Positions 62,627-64,000 of a stretch of 64,000 nt of DNA are shown piece by piece. Numbering within the stretch: position 1 is the first letter of the stretch; each line of letters opens with the position of its first letter. The notes beneath the pieces were generated by a model. That model searched no databases. It had not been told where the DNA came from and worked only from the letters and a program-made list of their open reading frames with translations. Source of the DNA: Phoronis australis. Its lineage: Eukaryota > Animalia > Phoronida. Made by a program: the position numbers and the translations under genes. The DNA is taken from NCBI GenBank assembly GCA_002633005.1, contig NMRA01000043.1, positions 1,263,924 to 1,327,923 of the forward strand, given 5' to 3'.

Positions 62627-63010
62627 GGCCCTTTGTACTCGAAACGAACTCGAAACTAGCAATTCCTCTGCTACTTTTGTGCGAGCTCAAGATAAGTGGT
62701 TATTAGACGGTGCTCGAATACATTATAGTTTACGCATACGAGTTTCTAGTCCAAGTTTGCACTTGATGACACTTACATTCGTGTTACAAACTCAAGTAAA
62801 ACTTGAAATTTTGAGTTCAAACTTGAACCTTTGCCCTTACGCCGGGTTTATCAACTGCAAACTTAAAGGACTAAAAATTATCCACGTAAGTCATTATGTA
62901 CTCGAGCATAGAATAATAAACACTTATCTTGAATTCTCAGAAAAGTAGAGTAGAAAATGGCAAACATAATTTCGAGCTCCATTTCGAGTAAAAAGATTAG
63001 AATCCTGGCC
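62627..63010. mobile_element. PIF/Harbinger-type MITE with CAG TSD
   Basis: GGCC termini, CAG on both flanks (62624-62626 and 63011-63013), subterminal TACTCGAAA / TTTCGAGTA inverted repeats and many CTCGA/CTTGA motifs inside. Confidence 0.6.
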
Positions 63011-64000
63011 CAGAATTCAGAATGGTTTCCATAGGCTGACCCCTCTACGGACACGACCAAAAATGCCGTCGACATGCTGATTTTACGACCTACACGAGCG
63101 TTTTCCTTCGAATATTGTGGTAATCCCCCTTACGATATCCTAGATTCACCAGTGTGTTCAAATGAAAGACATACCTGGGTACAATATTCCTAAATAATCG
63201 CGTTTTCCAATGAATTTAGTTAGGTACAAACAGTTGAGTTCAAAGTCATCTGTTCGTCGGCCATGTTGTTGGTGCTTCAACATAAATTAAAAATCAAAAA
63301 ATGAAACTTTACAACAAAGTAAAGTTAATTGAAGCGCAATGATTGTCTTGAACAAATATGCGATCACAGATGGAATTCAAAAAGTAAGATTTATTTGTTG
63401 TCAGATTTTGGTCAAAATTAAAGCTAAAATGTCGACCTTAACCAAAGAACGCCCAAAATACGTACTCGGCACATAAACCTGATTTAACTTAGCCTCGTGT
63501 TGTGAAAATGTATGCTTACTTCGGTCTAGATGCCATTGAACGGATGTGATTTTCGAAGGCCACTCTATTACGCCGACTTATCCATGACGATTTGATGACA
63601 CACGATATAATTGTAGTCACTGATCGATGTTTTGAAAGAGAGTACGGAAATCTACAAAGTGTCCGATATCTGTGAATCAGATTGTATTTGATTTAATGCA
63701 TGAATTAGGAACGAGATGGTGAAATGTCAATATAAGAAACTACCCTTGAATCCATCTATGGTAGTGTAAAAAGGCAGACGAGAGAGTAGCAGACGAGAAT
63801 GTGACAGACGCGAGTGTAGCTGCGACGTACATGTATCTTCAGCTGTAACTTATCATTTCTCAAGATTCCTTTAAATTTTGATATTATTATTACTAAGTAA
63901 AATTACTTCTGAAATCCAAACAAAGTTCCACCAAGCAACCAACTGGAACTTTGTATGAATTAAGAAAAATCATATTTTTCAGGATTATTTTTGTGTGAGT

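Overview
Intron-rich animal (invertebrate, probably lophotrochozoan; inference only) genomic scaffold with N-gaps. Four host genes can be reconstructed exon by exon with GT-AG sites and consistent phases. (1) The 3' part of OPA1, mitochondrial dynamin-like GTPase (+, 188-13044); it contains a ~2.1 kb duplication across a single 'n' that looks like two haplotypes joined by the assembler. (2) A myeloid leukemia factor (MLF) family gene (-, 14976-20181). (3) SLC35F6 (+, 22337-31284), head-to-head with MLF. (4) A type I membrane C-type lectin (-, 35294-46852) with a Thr-rich stalk and a tyrosine-motif-rich tail. Two bounded DNA transposons are present. One is an internally deleted Kolobok element (27658-29335; TTAA TSD, ~147 bp TIRs, convergent THAP-transposase and KolX/P2X7-ballast-like ORFs) in an SLC35F6 intron. 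The other is a decayed AcademX element (54770-59733; TAG..CTA termini, TAA TSD, DDE + XPG/PIN + Cys-rich remnants). There are also a truncated non-LTR retroposon end with TSD, several MITE-like palindromes and many minisatellites. I cannot demonstrate a wholly new system. The best leads are inward-facing ETS-CRE motifs in both Kolobok TIRs, a 92-bp array carrying a CTCF-like motif in every unit, the ITSM/PY-motif lectin receptor, exon-end 'echo' repeats in OPA1, and a possible unannotated Cys-rich peptide gene near the right end. All coordinates were counted by hand and no database searches were run.
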